Both the position numbers and the translations under genes were made by a program. From Steroidobacteraceae bacterium (GTDB lineage: Bacteria > Pseudomonadota > Gammaproteobacteria > Steroidobacterales > Steroidobacteraceae), in contig DATNEU010000066.1 in the NCBI GenBank assembly GCA_035552895.1, positions 491 to 64,490 on the forward strand: a stretch of DNA of 64,000 nt, read 5' to 3'. How positions within the stretch are numbered: position 1 is the first letter of the stretch; each line of letters opens with the position of its first letter. Of the stretch, positions 38,188-53,118 are shown piece after piece. The notes beneath the pieces are model-generated. The model saw nothing but the letters and a program-made list of their open reading frames with translations. It was not told the DNA's origin and ran no database searches.

Positions 38188-39635
38188 CCGACCAAGAGAG
38201 CACGTGGGAAACCGTCATCGGGCTCGAGATCCATGCGCAGCTCGCCACCCGGTCGAAGATTTTCTCCGGCGCCGCCACCGCCTATGGCGCGCCGCCCAAC
38301 GCCCAGGCGAGCCTCATCGATCTCGGCTTTCCGGGCGTGCTGCCGGTGCTCAACGGCGAGGCGGTGCGGATGGCCGTGCGGTTCGGGCTCGCGATCGGCG
38401 CGCGCATCGCCCGTCATTCGGTGTTCGCGCGCAAGAATTACTTCTATCCGGACCTGCCGAAGGGCTATCAGATCAGCCAGTACGAGCTGCCGATCGTGGC
38501 GCAGGGCGCGCTCGACATTGTGCTCGATGACGGCAGCACCAAGCGCGTCGGGATCACCCGTGCGCATCTGGAGGAGGATGCGGGCAAGTCGCTGCACGAG
38601 GGCCTGGGCGGGCTCACGGGCGTGGACCTCAACCGCGCGGGCACGCCGCTCATCGAGATCGTCTCCGAGCCGGACCTGCGCTCCGCGAAGGAGGCCGTCA
38701 CCTACATGAAGAAGGTGCACACCCTGGTGCGCTACCTCGAGATCTGCGACGGCAACATGCAGGAGGGCTCGTTCCGCTGCGACGCCAACGTGTCGGTGCG
38801 GCGGAAAGGGTCCGAGAAGCTCGGCACCCGTGCCGAGATCAAGAACATCAACTCCTTCCGCTTCGTGGAGAAGGCGATCCAGTACGAGGTGGCGCGCCAG
38901 ATCGAGCTCATTGAGTCCGGCGGCAAGGTGGTGCAGGAGACGCGTCTCTACGACCCGGACAAGGGTGAGACGCGCTCGATGCGCACCAAGGAGGAGGCGA
39001 ACGATTACCGCTACTTCCCCGATCCCGACCTCCTGCCGCTCGCCGTCGGCGAGGAGCTCATCGAGGAGGTGCGCAGGAGCCTGCCAGAGCTTCCCGACGA
39101 GAAGGCGGCGCGATTCTCCTCCCAGTACGGTCTTTCGCCGTACGACGCCGGCGTGCTCTCGGCGAGCCGCGAGCTCGCCGACTACTACGAGGAGGTGGTG
39201 CGCGCCGTGCCGCGGGAGCCCAAGCTCGCCGCCAACTGGGTGATGGGCGAGCTCGCCGCCGCGCTAAACAAGGAGAATCTCGATGTCGGCTCAGGGAAGA
39301 TGCCGGCGCCGCGCCTGGCGGGACTGCTCACGCGCATCGCCGATCAGACGATCTCCGGCAAGCTCGCCAAGGAGGTGTTCGAGGCCATGTGGGCCGAGGG
39401 CCAGAGCGCCGATGCCGTCATCGAATCGAAGGGCCTCAAGCAGATCACCGACATCGGCGCCATCGAGCGCGCCATCGAGGAGGTGATGGCGAAGAGCCCC
39501 GGGCAGCTCGCCGAATACCGCGCGGGCAAGGACAAGCTCTTCGGCTTCTTCGTCGGGCAGGTAATGAAGGCGACGCAGGGCAAGGCGAATCCGGCACAGC
39601 TCAACGAGCTGCTCAAAAAGAAGCTCCCCGGTTGA
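38184..39635 (+). CDS. gatB: Asp/Glu-tRNA amidotransferase subunit B
   Basis: [28 protein letters not shown] and DANVSVR. GTG 38184 overlaps the gatA stop (GTGA). Confidence 0.95.
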   Translation: MTDQESTWETVIGLEIHAQLATRSKIFSGAATAYGAPPNAQASLIDLGFPGVLPVLNGEAVRMAVRFGLAIGARIARHSVFARKNYFYPDLPKGYQISQYELPIVAQGALDIVLDDGSTKRVGITRAHLEEDAGKSLHEGLGGLTGVDLNRAGTPLIEIVSEPDLRSAKEAVTYMKKVHTLVRYLEICDGNMQEGSFRCDANVSVRRKGSEKLGTRAEIKNINSFRFVEKAIQYEVARQIELIESGGKVVQETRLYDPDKGETRSMRTKEEANDYRYFPDPDLLPLAVGEELIEEVRRSLPELPDEKAARFSSQYGLSPYDAGVLSASRELADYYEEVVRAVPREPKLAANWVMGELAAALNKENLDVGSGKMPAPRLAGLLTRIADQTISGKLAKEVFEAMWAEGQSADAVIESKGLKQITDIGAIERAIEEVMAKSPGQLAEYRAGKDKLFGFFVGQVMKATQGKANPAQLNELLKKKLPG

Positions 39636-39666
39636 GTAAGGCCCAGCCAGGCCCCATTCTGCCGGC

Positions 39667-40605
39667 ATGAATCCGCAAACCGCTCCCCGCGACGAAGTTC
39701 GTCGCTTCATCGTCGAGAATCGCCCGGTCCGCGGGCACTGGGTACGCCTGGAGGGCGCGTGGCGCGAGCTGCGCGCCCATCGCGATTATCCGCAGCCCGT
39801 GCGCGAGCTCCTCGGACAGGCCGTTGCGGCCTCGGTGCTGCTCGCCGCGACGTTGAAGTTCCGCGGCCAGTTGACCCTGCAGCTTCAGGGCAACGGCGCC
39901 GTCAGCCTTCTCGTCGCGCAGTGCACACATGATTACAGGCTACGTGCGGTCGCGCGCTTCGATGCCGACGCGGTCGCGGCGCTGTCGGCGAACGAGGCTA
40001 CGCGCGGTGGCGAGGTCTTCCGTGGACTGGTCGGCAGCGGGGGCCGATTCGCGGTCACGGTGGAGGCCGACGAGCGCAGCATGCGGTATCAGGGGATCGT
40101 GCCCTTGAGCGGCGATTCGCTGGCGGGCTCGCTGGAGGCTTATTTCGCGCGCTCGGAGCAGCTCCCGACCCGCGTGCTGCTGGCGGCGGACGGCGAGCGC
40201 GGCGCGGGCGTGCTGGTCCAGAAGCTGCCGCAGGATGCCGGTATCGATGAGTCGCGAATGACCGAGATCTGGGCGCAGGCGCAGCGCGGCATCGAGCGAT
40301 TGAGCGCCGAGGATCTGCTGCACTGCCCGGTGGAAGAGCTGCTCGGCCGGGGTTTCGCGGCGCACGACATGCGGCTCTTCCGCGGGGCGCCGGTGCAGTT
40401 CGAGTGCCGCTGCAGCTATGGCCGGGTGACCGGCCTGCTGCGGGCGCTCGGGCCCGAGGAAGTGCGCGAAGTGCTTCGGGAGCAGGGGGCGGTCACGGTC
40501 ACCTGCGAGTTCTGCCATCGCCCGTACCGTTTCGAGTCGGGGGACGTCGAAGCGATTTTCGCGGATGGGCCTACCCCGAGTGGCAATTCGCCCAGTATTC
40601 ATTGA
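39667..40605 (+). CDS. hslO: redox-regulated chaperone Hsp33
   Basis: C-terminal zinc centre CRCS...CEFC and an Hsp33 N-domain (RGHWVRL...). Confidence 0.9.
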   Translation: MNPQTAPRDEVRRFIVENRPVRGHWVRLEGAWRELRAHRDYPQPVRELLGQAVAASVLLAATLKFRGQLTLQLQGNGAVSLLVAQCTHDYRLRAVARFDADAVAALSANEATRGGEVFRGLVGSGGRFAVTVEADERSMRYQGIVPLSGDSLAGSLEAYFARSEQLPTRVLLAADGERGAGVLVQKLPQDAGIDESRMTEIWAQAQRGIERLSAEDLLHCPVEELLGRGFAAHDMRLFRGAPVQFECRCSYGRVTGLLRALGPEEVREVLREQGAVTVTCEFCHRPYRFESGDVEAIFADGPTPSGNSPSIH

Positions 40606-40637
40606 GATTGGCGCAATTCTGAAACAAAAATCCGGCT

Positions 40638-40682
40638 TTGCACGGCTGAGAGAGTTTCTGTAGACTACAATTAAAGAATTGT
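40638..40682 (+). promoter_or_regulatory. candidate sahR-metFH promoter with an operator-like palindrome
   Basis: TTGCAC (40638-40643), 17 nt, TAGACT (40661-40666). The inverted repeat ACAATT-AAAG-AATTGT (40667-40682) follows immediately, in the only AT-rich stretch of this region. Confidence 0.35.
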
Positions 40683-40700
40683 GCAAATCTTTATTTAGAC

Positions 40701-41642
40701 ATGCCCATCCCTCCGCACGAGCTGCTCGTGACCTGGCTGAGAGCCGCCGGTGAGCCGACACGGCTGCGGCTCCTGGCCCTTTGCGCTTTGAGGGAGCTCA
40801 GCGTTTCCGATATCGCGCGGATCCTCGGCCAGAGCGAGCCGCGCGTGTCGCGTCACCTCAAGATCCTGGGGGAAGCCGGTCTCATCGAGCGCGCGCGGCA
40901 GGGACAATGGGTGCACTACGGTCTGGCCCGCGGCGGGCCTGCCGCCGGATTCGTCCAGGGCCTGCTCGGGCAGCTCGATCGCGGCGACCCGCTGCTGGCC
41001 CGGGATCGGGAGCGGGCCCGGGCGCAGGCGTTGCAAGGGGACGGCGTGGCTGCGGGAGTGCCTGCGGCCTCGCGTCTGGGCAGGGAGTTGCGAGGCTTTG
41101 TGGAGTCCGCGGAAGCCGTCACCGCGGCCGGCTCCGTGCTGCTCGTCGGCGCCGATCATCCTGAGCTCATCGAGACGGCGGCAGACCTCGGTGCTCAATG
41201 CACCGTTCTCGCGTGCTCGCGCCGGTCCTCGCAGATCGCGCGCGCCACGGCCGAGCGCGCTGGCCTGCACTGTCGCGTTCTCCTGGCGGCAGGCGGCGAT
41301 GTGCTCGGACCGCGTGACCTCGCGCGCCTCGAGCGCACGTTCGATACCGTGTTCCTCGATCGGCTGGCCATGCCCGATGAGGCGCTCGGCGGTCTGCTCG
41401 CGGCGGCGCGGCGCGCGCTCTCGTCCGGCGGACGTCTCCTTCTCTTTCAGCGATATGACTCGCTCGAGAGTCCCCGCGAGCGGGTGGTGGAGCATCCGAT
41501 CGCGCGGCTGCGCCGGCTCTTCGGCGAGGCCGGCCTGACCTGCGAGCGCTTGAGTCCCATCCAGGCTGACGGCCAACACGTGTTGGCGGCGATGGCGGTG
41601 GCGGCCGCGCAGCGGCCGCGCGGCACGGTAAACGCGGCGTAA
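40701..41642 (+). CDS. sahR: ArsR-family regulator with C-terminal methyltransferase-like domain (SahR-like methionine-cycle regulator)
   Basis: ArsR wHTH (EPTRLRLLALCALRELSVSDIARILGQSEPRVSRHLKILGEAGLI) plus a ~200-aa Rossmann-like domain. That domain has a degenerate SAM motif I (VLLVGADHPE). It sits immediately upstream of metF-metH. Confidence 0.6.
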   Translation: MPIPPHELLVTWLRAAGEPTRLRLLALCALRELSVSDIARILGQSEPRVSRHLKILGEAGLIERARQGQWVHYGLARGGPAAGFVQGLLGQLDRGDPLLARDRERARAQALQGDGVAAGVPAASRLGRELRGFVESAEAVTAAGSVLLVGADHPELIETAADLGAQCTVLACSRRSSQIARATAERAGLHCRVLLAAGGDVLGPRDLARLERTFDTVFLDRLAMPDEALGGLLAAARRALSSGGRLLLFQRYDSLESPRERVVEHPIARLRRLFGEAGLTCERLSPIQADGQHVLAAMAVAAAQRPRGTVNAA

Positions 41643-46333
<4,691 letters not shown>

Positions 46334-46399
46334 GGCGCCGATTTCGCGAAATCTTGCGGCAACGCACGGCAGGCGGCGTTCACCGGGTGTTCACTTGTC

Positions 46400-46420
46400 G
46401 CCGGCATAATTGCCGGCTTT
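46400..46420 (+). terminator. intrinsic terminator-like hairpin after metH
   Basis: GCCGGCA-TAAT-TGCCGGC followed by TTT. It lies 67 nt after the metH stop. Confidence 0.5.
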
Positions 46421-46494
46421 AGGCTCGGGTTCGTCTCATGGTCGCCTTGGCGGGGGTCCCCCGCAGCGGCAACGGCGCCGCACGTGCGCCCTCG

Positions 46495-48276
46495 ATGTCG
46501 CTGCTGAGCGTTTATCGGCGCGTGCTCGGCCTGCTCGCGGCGGAGCGGCCGCTCTTCCTGCTGGTGTGTGCCGGCAATCTGGCGCTCGCGGGACTCATTT
46601 TTTACGAGTCATGGCTCTTCGGCCAGGTGATCGGCAAGCTCGTCGGCGCGCCGCATCAGGCGTGGCGCTACATCGGGCAGTGGGCGGCCTTCGGGCTCCT
46701 CGGGATCGCGCTCAACGTCTGGGTGTCGCTCTACGCCGATCGGCTGTCGCATCGGCGGCGGCAGGCCGCGATTCTCGCCTTCTTCGAGCACGCGCTGGTG
46801 CTCCCGCCGGGCTTTCACGCGCAGCACCACTCGGGCGGCCTGCTGCGCATCATGCATACGGGAGCGAGCAACCTCTTCACGCTCTGGCTCGGGCTCCTGC
46901 GCAGCCATCTCGCGACGCTGCTCTCGATCCTGGTGATGCTGCCGGTGGCCATGGTGCTCAATTGGAAGCTCGCCTCGCTCATGGCGGGGCTCCTCATCTG
47001 CTTCCTCGTCTCGATGAGCATCGCCATGCGCCGCACGGCTGGCGCGCAGCGGGAGGTGGAAAAGCTCCATCACGCGCTGGCGGAGCGCGCCGGCGACGTG
47101 CTGGCGAACGCCTCGATCGTGCAGAGCTTCACCCGGCAGGACGCCGAGATCGAGAGCGTGCGCGGGTATTCCGACCGCGCGCTCGCCGCGCAATATCCGG
47201 TGTTGCGCAGCTGGGCCTGGCTCACGGTCGCCAACCGCTCGGCCAGCACGCTCACAGTCGTGGCCATCCTCGCCCTTGGCGTGTGGCTCGCGAGCCGCGG
47301 GGAAGCCTCGATCGGCGACATCGTGACCTTCGCCGGCTTCTCGCTCGCCATCATCGGACGGCTCGACCAGCTCGCGAGCTTCGCGGCCGGACTCTTCTAT
47401 CACGCGCCCGCGCTGCGCGACTTCTTCGAGGTGCTCGAGGCGCGCGCGCCGCAAGATGAGCGGCCGGATGCGCCGCAGCTGCCGCCGGTGCGCGGGGAGG
47501 TCGTGTACGAGGACGTCTCCTTCTCCTACGCTTCCGGCGGCCCGGCGGTCAGACATCTCAACTTCCGGGTGCCGGCGGGCGCCAAAGTCGCGCTGGTCGG
47601 GCCCACCGGCGCCGGGAAGAGCACGGCCGCCAGCCTGCTCTATCGCGCATACGATCCCACCTGCGGGCGCATCACCATCGACGGCATCGACATCCGCTCG
47701 GTGGGCTTGAGCTCGCTGCGCCGCAACGTGGCGGTCGTATTCCAGGATGCGGGACTGCTCTATCGGTCGATCGGCGACAACATCGCGCTCGGGCGGCCGG
47801 CCGCCGGCGCCGAGCAGATCGAGCGCGCCGCCCGCACCGCCGAGGCGCACGAGTTCATCCGCGCCAAGCCCGAGGGCTACGAGACGCTGGTGGCGGAGCG
47901 CGGCCGCTCGCTCTCCGGCGGCGAGCGCCAGCGCGTGGCCATCGCTCGCGCGATGCTCAAGGATGCGCCCATCCTGGTGCTCGATGAGGCAACCAGCGCG
48001 CTCGACAGCGCGACGGAGCTGCGCATCCAGCGGGCGCTCGAGGTGTTGACGCGAAACCGCACGACGTTCGTGATCGCCCACCGGCTCTCGACGATCCGGG
48101 ACGCGGATCTGATTCTCGTCCTCGAGGACGGGCGGATCGTCGAGCAGGGACGCTACGAGGAGCTGGTGCTGCGCGACGGCGCGTTCGCGCGCCTGGCGCG
48201 GGCGGGGGAGTTCGTGGAGTTGGATGCCGGGCGCGAGCCGGTGCAGCCAGCCATGCCGCGGGCCGCCAGCGCCTGA
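46495..48276 (+). CDS. ABC exporter (fused TMD-NBD), NdvA/ChvA cyclic-beta-glucan exporter family
   Basis: Blocks shared with ChvA as I recall it: [44 protein letters not shown] and IGRLDQL. Walker [18 protein letters not shown] and [14 protein letters not shown] 46495. Confidence 0.75.
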   Translation: MSLLSVYRRVLGLLAAERPLFLLVCAGNLALAGLIFYESWLFGQVIGKLVGAPHQAWRYIGQWAAFGLLGIALNVWVSLYADRLSHRRRQAAILAFFEHALVLPPGFHAQHHSGGLLRIMHTGASNLFTLWLGLLRSHLATLLSILVMLPVAMVLNWKLASLMAGLLICFLVSMSIAMRRTAGAQREVEKLHHALAERAGDVLANASIVQSFTRQDAEIESVRGYSDRALAAQYPVLRSWAWLTVANRSASTLTVVAILALGVWLASRGEASIGDIVTFAGFSLAIIGRLDQLASFAAGLFYHAPALRDFFEVLEARAPQDERPDAPQLPPVRGEVVYEDVSFSYASGGPAVRHLNFRVPAGAKVALVGPTGAGKSTAASLLYRAYDPTCGRITIDGIDIRSVGLSSLRRNVAVVFQDAGLLYRSIGDNIALGRPAAGAEQIERAARTAEAHEFIRAKPEGYETLVAERGRSLSGGERQRVAIARAMLKDAPILVLDEATSALDSATELRIQRALEVLTRNRTTFVIAHRLSTIRDADLILVLEDGRIVEQGRYEELVLRDGAFARLARAGEFVELDAGREPVQPAMPRAASA

Positions 48277-48287
48277 GCTCCGTTGGC

Positions 48288-49103
48288 CTACTCGGCTCGG
48301 CTGGTCATTCGGCGGACCTGGAGATCGCCGAACAGGGCCAGGGTGAGAGCCGAGAAGAACGTCAGGCCCACCGCGAGGACCGCGAGGATGGCGGCGAAGG
48401 TGATCGCCCGGGCGATCGCCATGTCATCGGCTCCAGTGTCGGTAAAGGCCATGGCGGCGATCGTGGCAACCAGCGTCGAGAGCGTCAGGATGACCATCAG
48501 CCCGACGGCGTAACTCCCGGCAACCCGCCACCAGTTGCCGCGCACCAGCCTGAAGCTGTAGGCGAGGCTCGCGAGCACGCCCTTGCGCGCAAGCACCAGG
48601 GCCGGCAGCGAAAACGACAGCGTGATATAGACGTAGATGGTGGGTGCCAGCATCACCGCGATACCCGCGGTGCGGTACTGAGGCGCGAGCGCCAGCGCGG
48701 GCAGCATGCATACGGCGGCGGCCGCGCCGCCGAGCAGAGCGATGGCCGCGATCGCGGGCGCCCGTTTCAGCGTGTCGAGCAGGTCAGCGGAGCCCTTCAC
48801 CGGCCGGCCTGCGGCGATCGTGGACTGGCGCAGCAATATCGTCACGGACAGCATGACGAAGACCAGCGTCCCGACCCCATAGAGTGTAATTCCGACCGGG
48901 TCGTTGGCGTCGAGCACCGGGCCGTCGAGGGTCGGCAGCCGGCCGCGCGACAGGTAATAGAAGGTGGACAGCTGTTCGGCGATGATGGCCAGCGTGGCGT
49001 ACGGCATGCACTTGAGCAGCGACAGGCGAAATATCTGCAGGACGGCATCGAGCAGCTCGCCGAAGGACCGCGGCTTGAGCGGCGGATAGAGGGCATTGGG
49101 CAT
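48288..49103 (-). CDS. polytopic inner-membrane protein, YciC/UPF0259-like
   Basis: 271 aa with about 6 TM segments. The topology and SFRLVRGNWWRV resemble the YciC family. This is a weak assignment. Confidence 0.45.
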   Translation of the reverse strand: MPNALYPPLKPRSFGELLDAVLQIFRLSLLKCMPYATLAIIAEQLSTFYYLSRGRLPTLDGPVLDANDPVGITLYGVGTLVFVMLSVTILLRQSTIAAGRPVKGSADLLDTLKRAPAIAAIALLGGAAAAVCMLPALALAPQYRTAGIAVMLAPTIYVYITLSFSLPALVLARKGVLASLAYSFRLVRGNWWRVAGSYAVGLMVILTLSTLVATIAAMAFTDTGADDMAIARAITFAAILAVLAVGLTFFSALTLALFGDLQVRRMTSRAE

Positions 49104-49123
49104 GCGGGCATATTAACTTCACG

Positions 49124-50014
49124 ATGACTTCGACGGCTATCCGATCCGCGACTGCGACGATTGCCGCGCTGCTTGCCTCGGGCACGCAGCGCCTGCGAAA
49201 GACCCTGGGCGCTCGTGACCCGCGGGCGACTCCCGGCCTCGATGCGGAGCTGCTCCTCGCGCACGCGCTCGATGCCGGCCGGGCGCGGCTGCGATCTCAT
49301 CCCGAGGAGGTCCCGGCGGCCGATATCGCAGCGCGATTCAGCGCTCTCATCGAGCGCCGTGCTGCCGGCGAGCCCGTGGCGTACATCCTGGGGCGCAAGG
49401 GTTTTTGGACGCTGGAGCTCACCGTCAGTCCCGCTGTTCTCGTCCCGCGTCCCGAAACGGAATTACTGGTGGAGCGGGCGCTCGCCCTCTTTCCCGACGG
49501 GGAGGCGAAGGCAGCGGATCTCGGTACTGGCTCGGGCGCGATTGCCCTGGCGCTGGCCAGCGCCCGGCCGCGCTGGCAGATCGTCGCCACCGACATCTCC
49601 GTCGAGGCGCTCGACGTCGCGCGCGCCAACGCGGCGGCCTTGGGCCTTGCGCGGGTGGAGATGGTGCAGGGTGACTGGCTGACCTGCGTGCCCGCGCGAC
49701 GGTTCCACCTGCTCGTGAGCAATCCGCCGTATGTGGCTGCGCACGACCCCGCCCTCGGCCAACCCGAGCTGATGCGCGAGCCGCGGCTCGCGCTGGTGGC
49801 GGCCGAGGACGGGCTCGCCGCCTTGCGTCGGATCATCGCCGGCGCCCCCGATCACCTCGAGCCGGGCGGCTGGCTGCTGCTCGAGCATGGCGACACCCAG
49901 GCGGCAGCGGTCGCGGGCGCGCTTGTGGCCCGCGGCTTCGCTCAAGTACGCTCACACCGCGATCTCGCCGGGCGCGAGCGCATGACGGAGGGCCAATGGC
50001 CGACACATCCCTGA
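49124..50014 (+). CDS. prmC: release-factor glutamine methyltransferase
   Basis: [14 protein letters not shown] (SAM motif) and VSNPPYV (NPPY). Confidence 0.88.
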   Translation: MTSTAIRSATATIAALLASGTQRLRKTLGARDPRATPGLDAELLLAHALDAGRARLRSHPEEVPAADIAARFSALIERRAAGEPVAYILGRKGFWTLELTVSPAVLVPRPETELLVERALALFPDGEAKAADLGTGSGAIALALASARPRWQIVATDISVEALDVARANAAALGLARVEMVQGDWLTCVPARRFHLLVSNPPYVAAHDPALGQPELMREPRLALVAAEDGLAALRRIIAGAPDHLEPGGWLLLEHGDTQAAAVAGALVARGFAQVRSHRDLAGRERMTEGQWPTHP

Positions 50015-50499
50015 TTCGATTCGAGACCTCGCACGGCGCTTTCACGGTGGAGCTGTTCGCGAAGGAGGCGCCGCTCAGCGTGGAGAATTTCCTCCGCTAC
50101 GTGGACGAGCGGCATTTCGACGGCACGATCTTCCACCGCATCGTGCCGGGCTTCGTCATCCAGGGCGGCGGGCTCGATGCGCAGTTCCGCAACAAGCGCA
50201 CGCACGCGCCGATCCGCAACGAGGCGAAGAACGGCTTGAAAAACCAGCGCGGCACGCTTTCCATGGCGCGCACCAGCGAAGTCGACAGCGCCACCTCGCA
50301 ATTCTTCGTCAACCTCGCCGACAACGACTTCCTCGATCACAGCGCGCGCGATTTCGGCTACGCCGTTTTCGGGCGGGTCACGGAGGGGATGGACGTCATC
50401 GACAAGATCGCGGGCGTCAGGACCGGGCGGCGGCAGGGCTATCAGGATGCGCCGCTCGAGGATGTGGCGATCGTCTCCGCGCGACGATCGGAAGAGTAG
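49996..50499 (+). CDS. ppiB: cyclophilin-type peptidyl-prolyl isomerase (cytoplasmic)
   Basis: [21 protein letters not shown] and SQFFVNL. No signal peptide. Overlaps prmC by 19 nt. Confidence 0.9.
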   Translation: MADTSLIRFETSHGAFTVELFAKEAPLSVENFLRYVDERHFDGTIFHRIVPGFVIQGGGLDAQFRNKRTHAPIRNEAKNGLKNQRGTLSMARTSEVDSATSQFFVNLADNDFLDHSARDFGYAVFGRVTEGMDVIDKIAGVRTGRRQGYQDAPLEDVAIVSARRSEE

Positions 50500-50517
50500 C
50501 GCGCAGCTCCATTTCGC

Positions 50518-51240
50518 ATGGCGAGCGGGGGTATCGGGCGGCAGCTGCGTCGCTGGGCGCTGCTCGCGGCGCTCGCATGGCTGCTCGTCACGGTCGTGCC
50601 GGTGCTGCTGCTGCGCTGGCTACCGCCCGTTACCAGCGCATACATGCTGGAGGCGCGCCTCGAGGCGCTGCGCGCGGGCGGGGAGAAGTACCGCACGGAC
50701 TATCACTGGGTCAGCCTCGAGCGCATCTCCCCGCATGCCGCACTCGCGGTGATCGCGTCCGAGGATCAGACCTTTCCGTACAACTACGGGTTCGATTTCC
50801 ACTCGATCCGCGGCGCCGTGCGCGCGGCGCAGCGCGGCGGCCGGCTGCGCGGCGCGAGCACGATCTCGCAGCAGGTGGCGCGGAACCTCTTTCTCTGGCC
50901 GGGCCGCAGCTTCGTGCGCAAGGGGCTCGAGGCGTATTTCACCGTGTTGCTGCAGGCGCTGTGGCCCAAGGAGCGGATCCTGGAGGTCTATCTCAACGTC
51001 GCGCAGTTCGGCCGCGGCATCTACGGCGTCGAGGCGGCCGCGCGGCGCTTCTATCACGAGCCGGCGGCCCGCCTGACGGGGAGTCAGGCGGCGCTGCTCG
51101 CGGCCGTGCTGCCGGACCCCGTGCACTGGCACGTGGATCGGCCGTCGCGCTGGCTGGCATGGAAGCAGCAGTGGATCCTCATCCAGATGCGCAATCTCGG
51201 CGGCGCAGCCTACCTGCGAGAAGTCCGGCAGAGCCGATAG
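50518..51240 (+). CDS. mtgA: monofunctional biosynthetic peptidoglycan transglycosylase
   Basis: N-terminal anchor, ASEDQTFPYNYGFD and GASTISQQVARNLFL (GT51 motifs). Confidence 0.9.
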   Translation: MASGGIGRQLRRWALLAALAWLLVTVVPVLLLRWLPPVTSAYMLEARLEALRAGGEKYRTDYHWVSLERISPHAALAVIASEDQTFPYNYGFDFHSIRGAVRAAQRGGRLRGASTISQQVARNLFLWPGRSFVRKGLEAYFTVLLQALWPKERILEVYLNVAQFGRGIYGVEAAARRFYHEPAARLTGSQAALLAAVLPDPVHWHVDRPSRWLAWKQQWILIQMRNLGGAAYLREVRQSR

Positions 51241-51330
51241 GACCGCGGGTCAGCGCGCACGGCTTATAATGATCGGGCGGGTACGGGCATTGCAGGCTGC
51301 GACCGTTCTTCCAGGAAAGATACCAACTCC

Positions 51331-51918
51331 ATGGCCGAGCGCGAATTGACCGCCGCGGACTGGCGGGGCTACTCCGAGGCGCAGTTTCCACAGGGAAGCT
51401 GGAGCTTCGACGACAACGTGCTGCGCGCGCTGGCGGCGGGTCCGCCGGTGGACCTGGTCACACGCGAGCGGTTCCGCGATTTCACGCTCTACTTCGAGTG
51501 GCGGCTGCCGCGGGGCGGCAATTCCGGGGTGCTGCATCGCGTCGGCGAGGACCTCGAGCACTCCTGGCAGTCCGGACCCGAGATGCAGCTTCTCGACGAT
51601 GAGCATCACCAGGATGGCGCCAATGCGCTGACCTCGTGTGGCGCGCTCTACGGCCTCATCGCCCCCTGGCACGACCAGCGCGATATCGCCAACGCGTACC
51701 ACAGCGGGCGGCTGATCGTGCAGGGCAACCGGGTCGAGCACTGGATCGATGACACGCAGGTGCTCGGCTACGATCTCGGCAGCGAGGAGCTGCGGGAGCG
51801 GATCGCGCGCAGCAAATTCCGCGACTCGCCGCAGTTCGCGCGCCTGGCCGAGGGACACATCGCCCTGCAGCACCATGGCACGGAGGCGTGGTTCCGCCGC
51901 CTGCGGATAGAGACTTAG
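51331..51918 (+). CDS. DUF1080 (3-keto-disaccharide hydrolase-like) domain protein
   Basis: GNSGVLHRV, PEMQLLDD and HIALQHHGTEAWFRRLRI are typical DUF1080 strands. No signal peptide is visible. Confidence 0.65.
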   Translation: MAERELTAADWRGYSEAQFPQGSWSFDDNVLRALAAGPPVDLVTRERFRDFTLYFEWRLPRGGNSGVLHRVGEDLEHSWQSGPEMQLLDDEHHQDGANALTSCGALYGLIAPWHDQRDIANAYHSGRLIVQGNRVEHWIDDTQVLGYDLGSEELRERIARSKFRDSPQFARLAEGHIALQHHGTEAWFRRLRIET

Positions 51919-52030
51919 TTAAGGCGCTGGATCCGGGCATCCTGCCCGGCCCAGCGCCGTCTCGGGCAAAAAGCGTGGTTTTTGCCCGAGACTCGGCCAC
52001 CTACGGCGGCCGGGCACGTCCTTGTGCCTG
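51919..52030 (+). repeat. structured intergenic repeat, copy A (carries a 34-bp palindromic insertion)
   Basis: GGCGCTGGATCCGGGCATCCTGCCCGGCCCAGCGCC ... GGCCACCTACGGCGGCCGGGCACGTCCTTGTGCCTG. It starts right after TAG-TT of the upstream gene and is homologous to 58970-59046. Confidence 0.8.
51959..51992. terminator. perfect 14-bp-stem palindrome, candidate bidirectional terminator between convergent DUF1080 gene and prfA
   Basis: GTCTCGGGCAAAAA-GCGTGG-TTTTTGCCCGAGAC. The A5/T5 tracts lie inside the arms. It is absent from repeat copy B. Confidence 0.45.
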
Positions 52031-52038
52031 AAGACGTC

Positions 52039-53118
52039 TCAGTCGAGCGCCGCGAGGAGCTCCGCCTGGTGCTCCTGCTGCAGCGCATCGAGCAGCTCGT
52101 CGAGATCCCCGTCCATGATCTGCTGCAGCTTGTAGAGTGTCAGATTGATGCGATGGTCGGTGACCCGCCCCTGCGGAAAGTTGTAGGTGCGGATGCGCTC
52201 CGAGCGATCGCCGCTGCCGACCTGGAGCCGGCGCGTCTGTGCCTGGGTGCTGCGCTGCTTCTCTTCCTCGGCGGCGAGCAGGCGGGCACTGAGGAGCTTC
52301 ATGGCGCGGGAGCGGTTCTTGTGCTGCGAGCGCTCGTCCTGACACTCCACCACGATGCCGGTCGGCAGGTGCGTGATGCGCACGGCGGAGTCGGTTTTGT
52401 TGACGTGCTGGCCGCCCGCGCCCGAGGAGCGGTAGGTGTCGATGCGCAGCTCCGCGGGGTTGATCGCCACCTCTTCGATCTCGTCGAGCTCCGGCAGGAT
52501 CGCGACGGTGCACGCCGAGGTATGGATCCGTCCCTGGGCCTCCGTCTGCGGAACCCGCTGCACGCGGTGGGCGCCGGATTCGAACTTCAGGCGTGAGAAC
52601 GCCCCGCGTCCGGCGATGCGGCTGATGATCTCCTTGTAGCCGCCGTGCTCCCCGGGGCTCTCGCTCAACACGTCGACGGAAAAGCCTTTCGACTCCGCAT
52701 AGCGCGCGTACATGCGAAAGAGATCCCCGGCGAAGAGCGCCGCCTCGTCGCCGCCGGTGCCGGCGCGCACCTCCAGGAAGAGACCCTTGTCATCGCGCGG
52801 GTCCTTGGGAATGAGGAGCGAGTGCAGCTGCGCTTCCGTGACGGCGAGACCCGATTGCAGCCGCTCGATTTCCTCGGCGCCGAGAGAGCGCATCCCGGGA
52901 TCGGGATCGGCGAGCAGCTCGCGCGCCGCCGCCAGCTCGCGCTCGAGCTCGTGGTAACGGCGCAGGCGCTCCGCCAGCGGCTCCAGGCGCGCGTATTCGA
53001 CCGAGAGATCCCGGAATTGCGGCGAGCCGCCGGCGATGTCCGCGGTCGCGAGCAGCCGGCCGACCTCCTCGAACCGATCGGAAAGCTTCTCGAGCCGTTG
53101 GCGGATGGATTCCTTCAT
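52039..53118 (-). CDS. prfA: peptide chain release factor 1
   Basis: GGQ motif ([16 protein letters not shown]) and [18 protein letters not shown] (PxT region). ATG 53118 ([10 protein letters not shown]). Confidence 0.95.
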   Translation of the reverse strand: MKESIRQRLEKLSDRFEEVGRLLATADIAGGSPQFRDLSVEYARLEPLAERLRRYHELERELAAARELLADPDPGMRSLGAEEIERLQSGLAVTEAQLHSLLIPKDPRDDKGLFLEVRAGTGGDEAALFAGDLFRMYARYAESKGFSVDVLSESPGEHGGYKEIISRIAGRGAFSRLKFESGAHRVQRVPQTEAQGRIHTSACTVAILPELDEIEEVAINPAELRIDTYRSSGAGGQHVNKTDSAVRITHLPTGIVVECQDERSQHKNRSRAMKLLSARLLAAEEEKQRSTQAQTRRLQVGSGDRSERIRTYNFPQGRVTDHRINLTLYKLQQIMDGDLDELLDALQQEHQAELLAALD

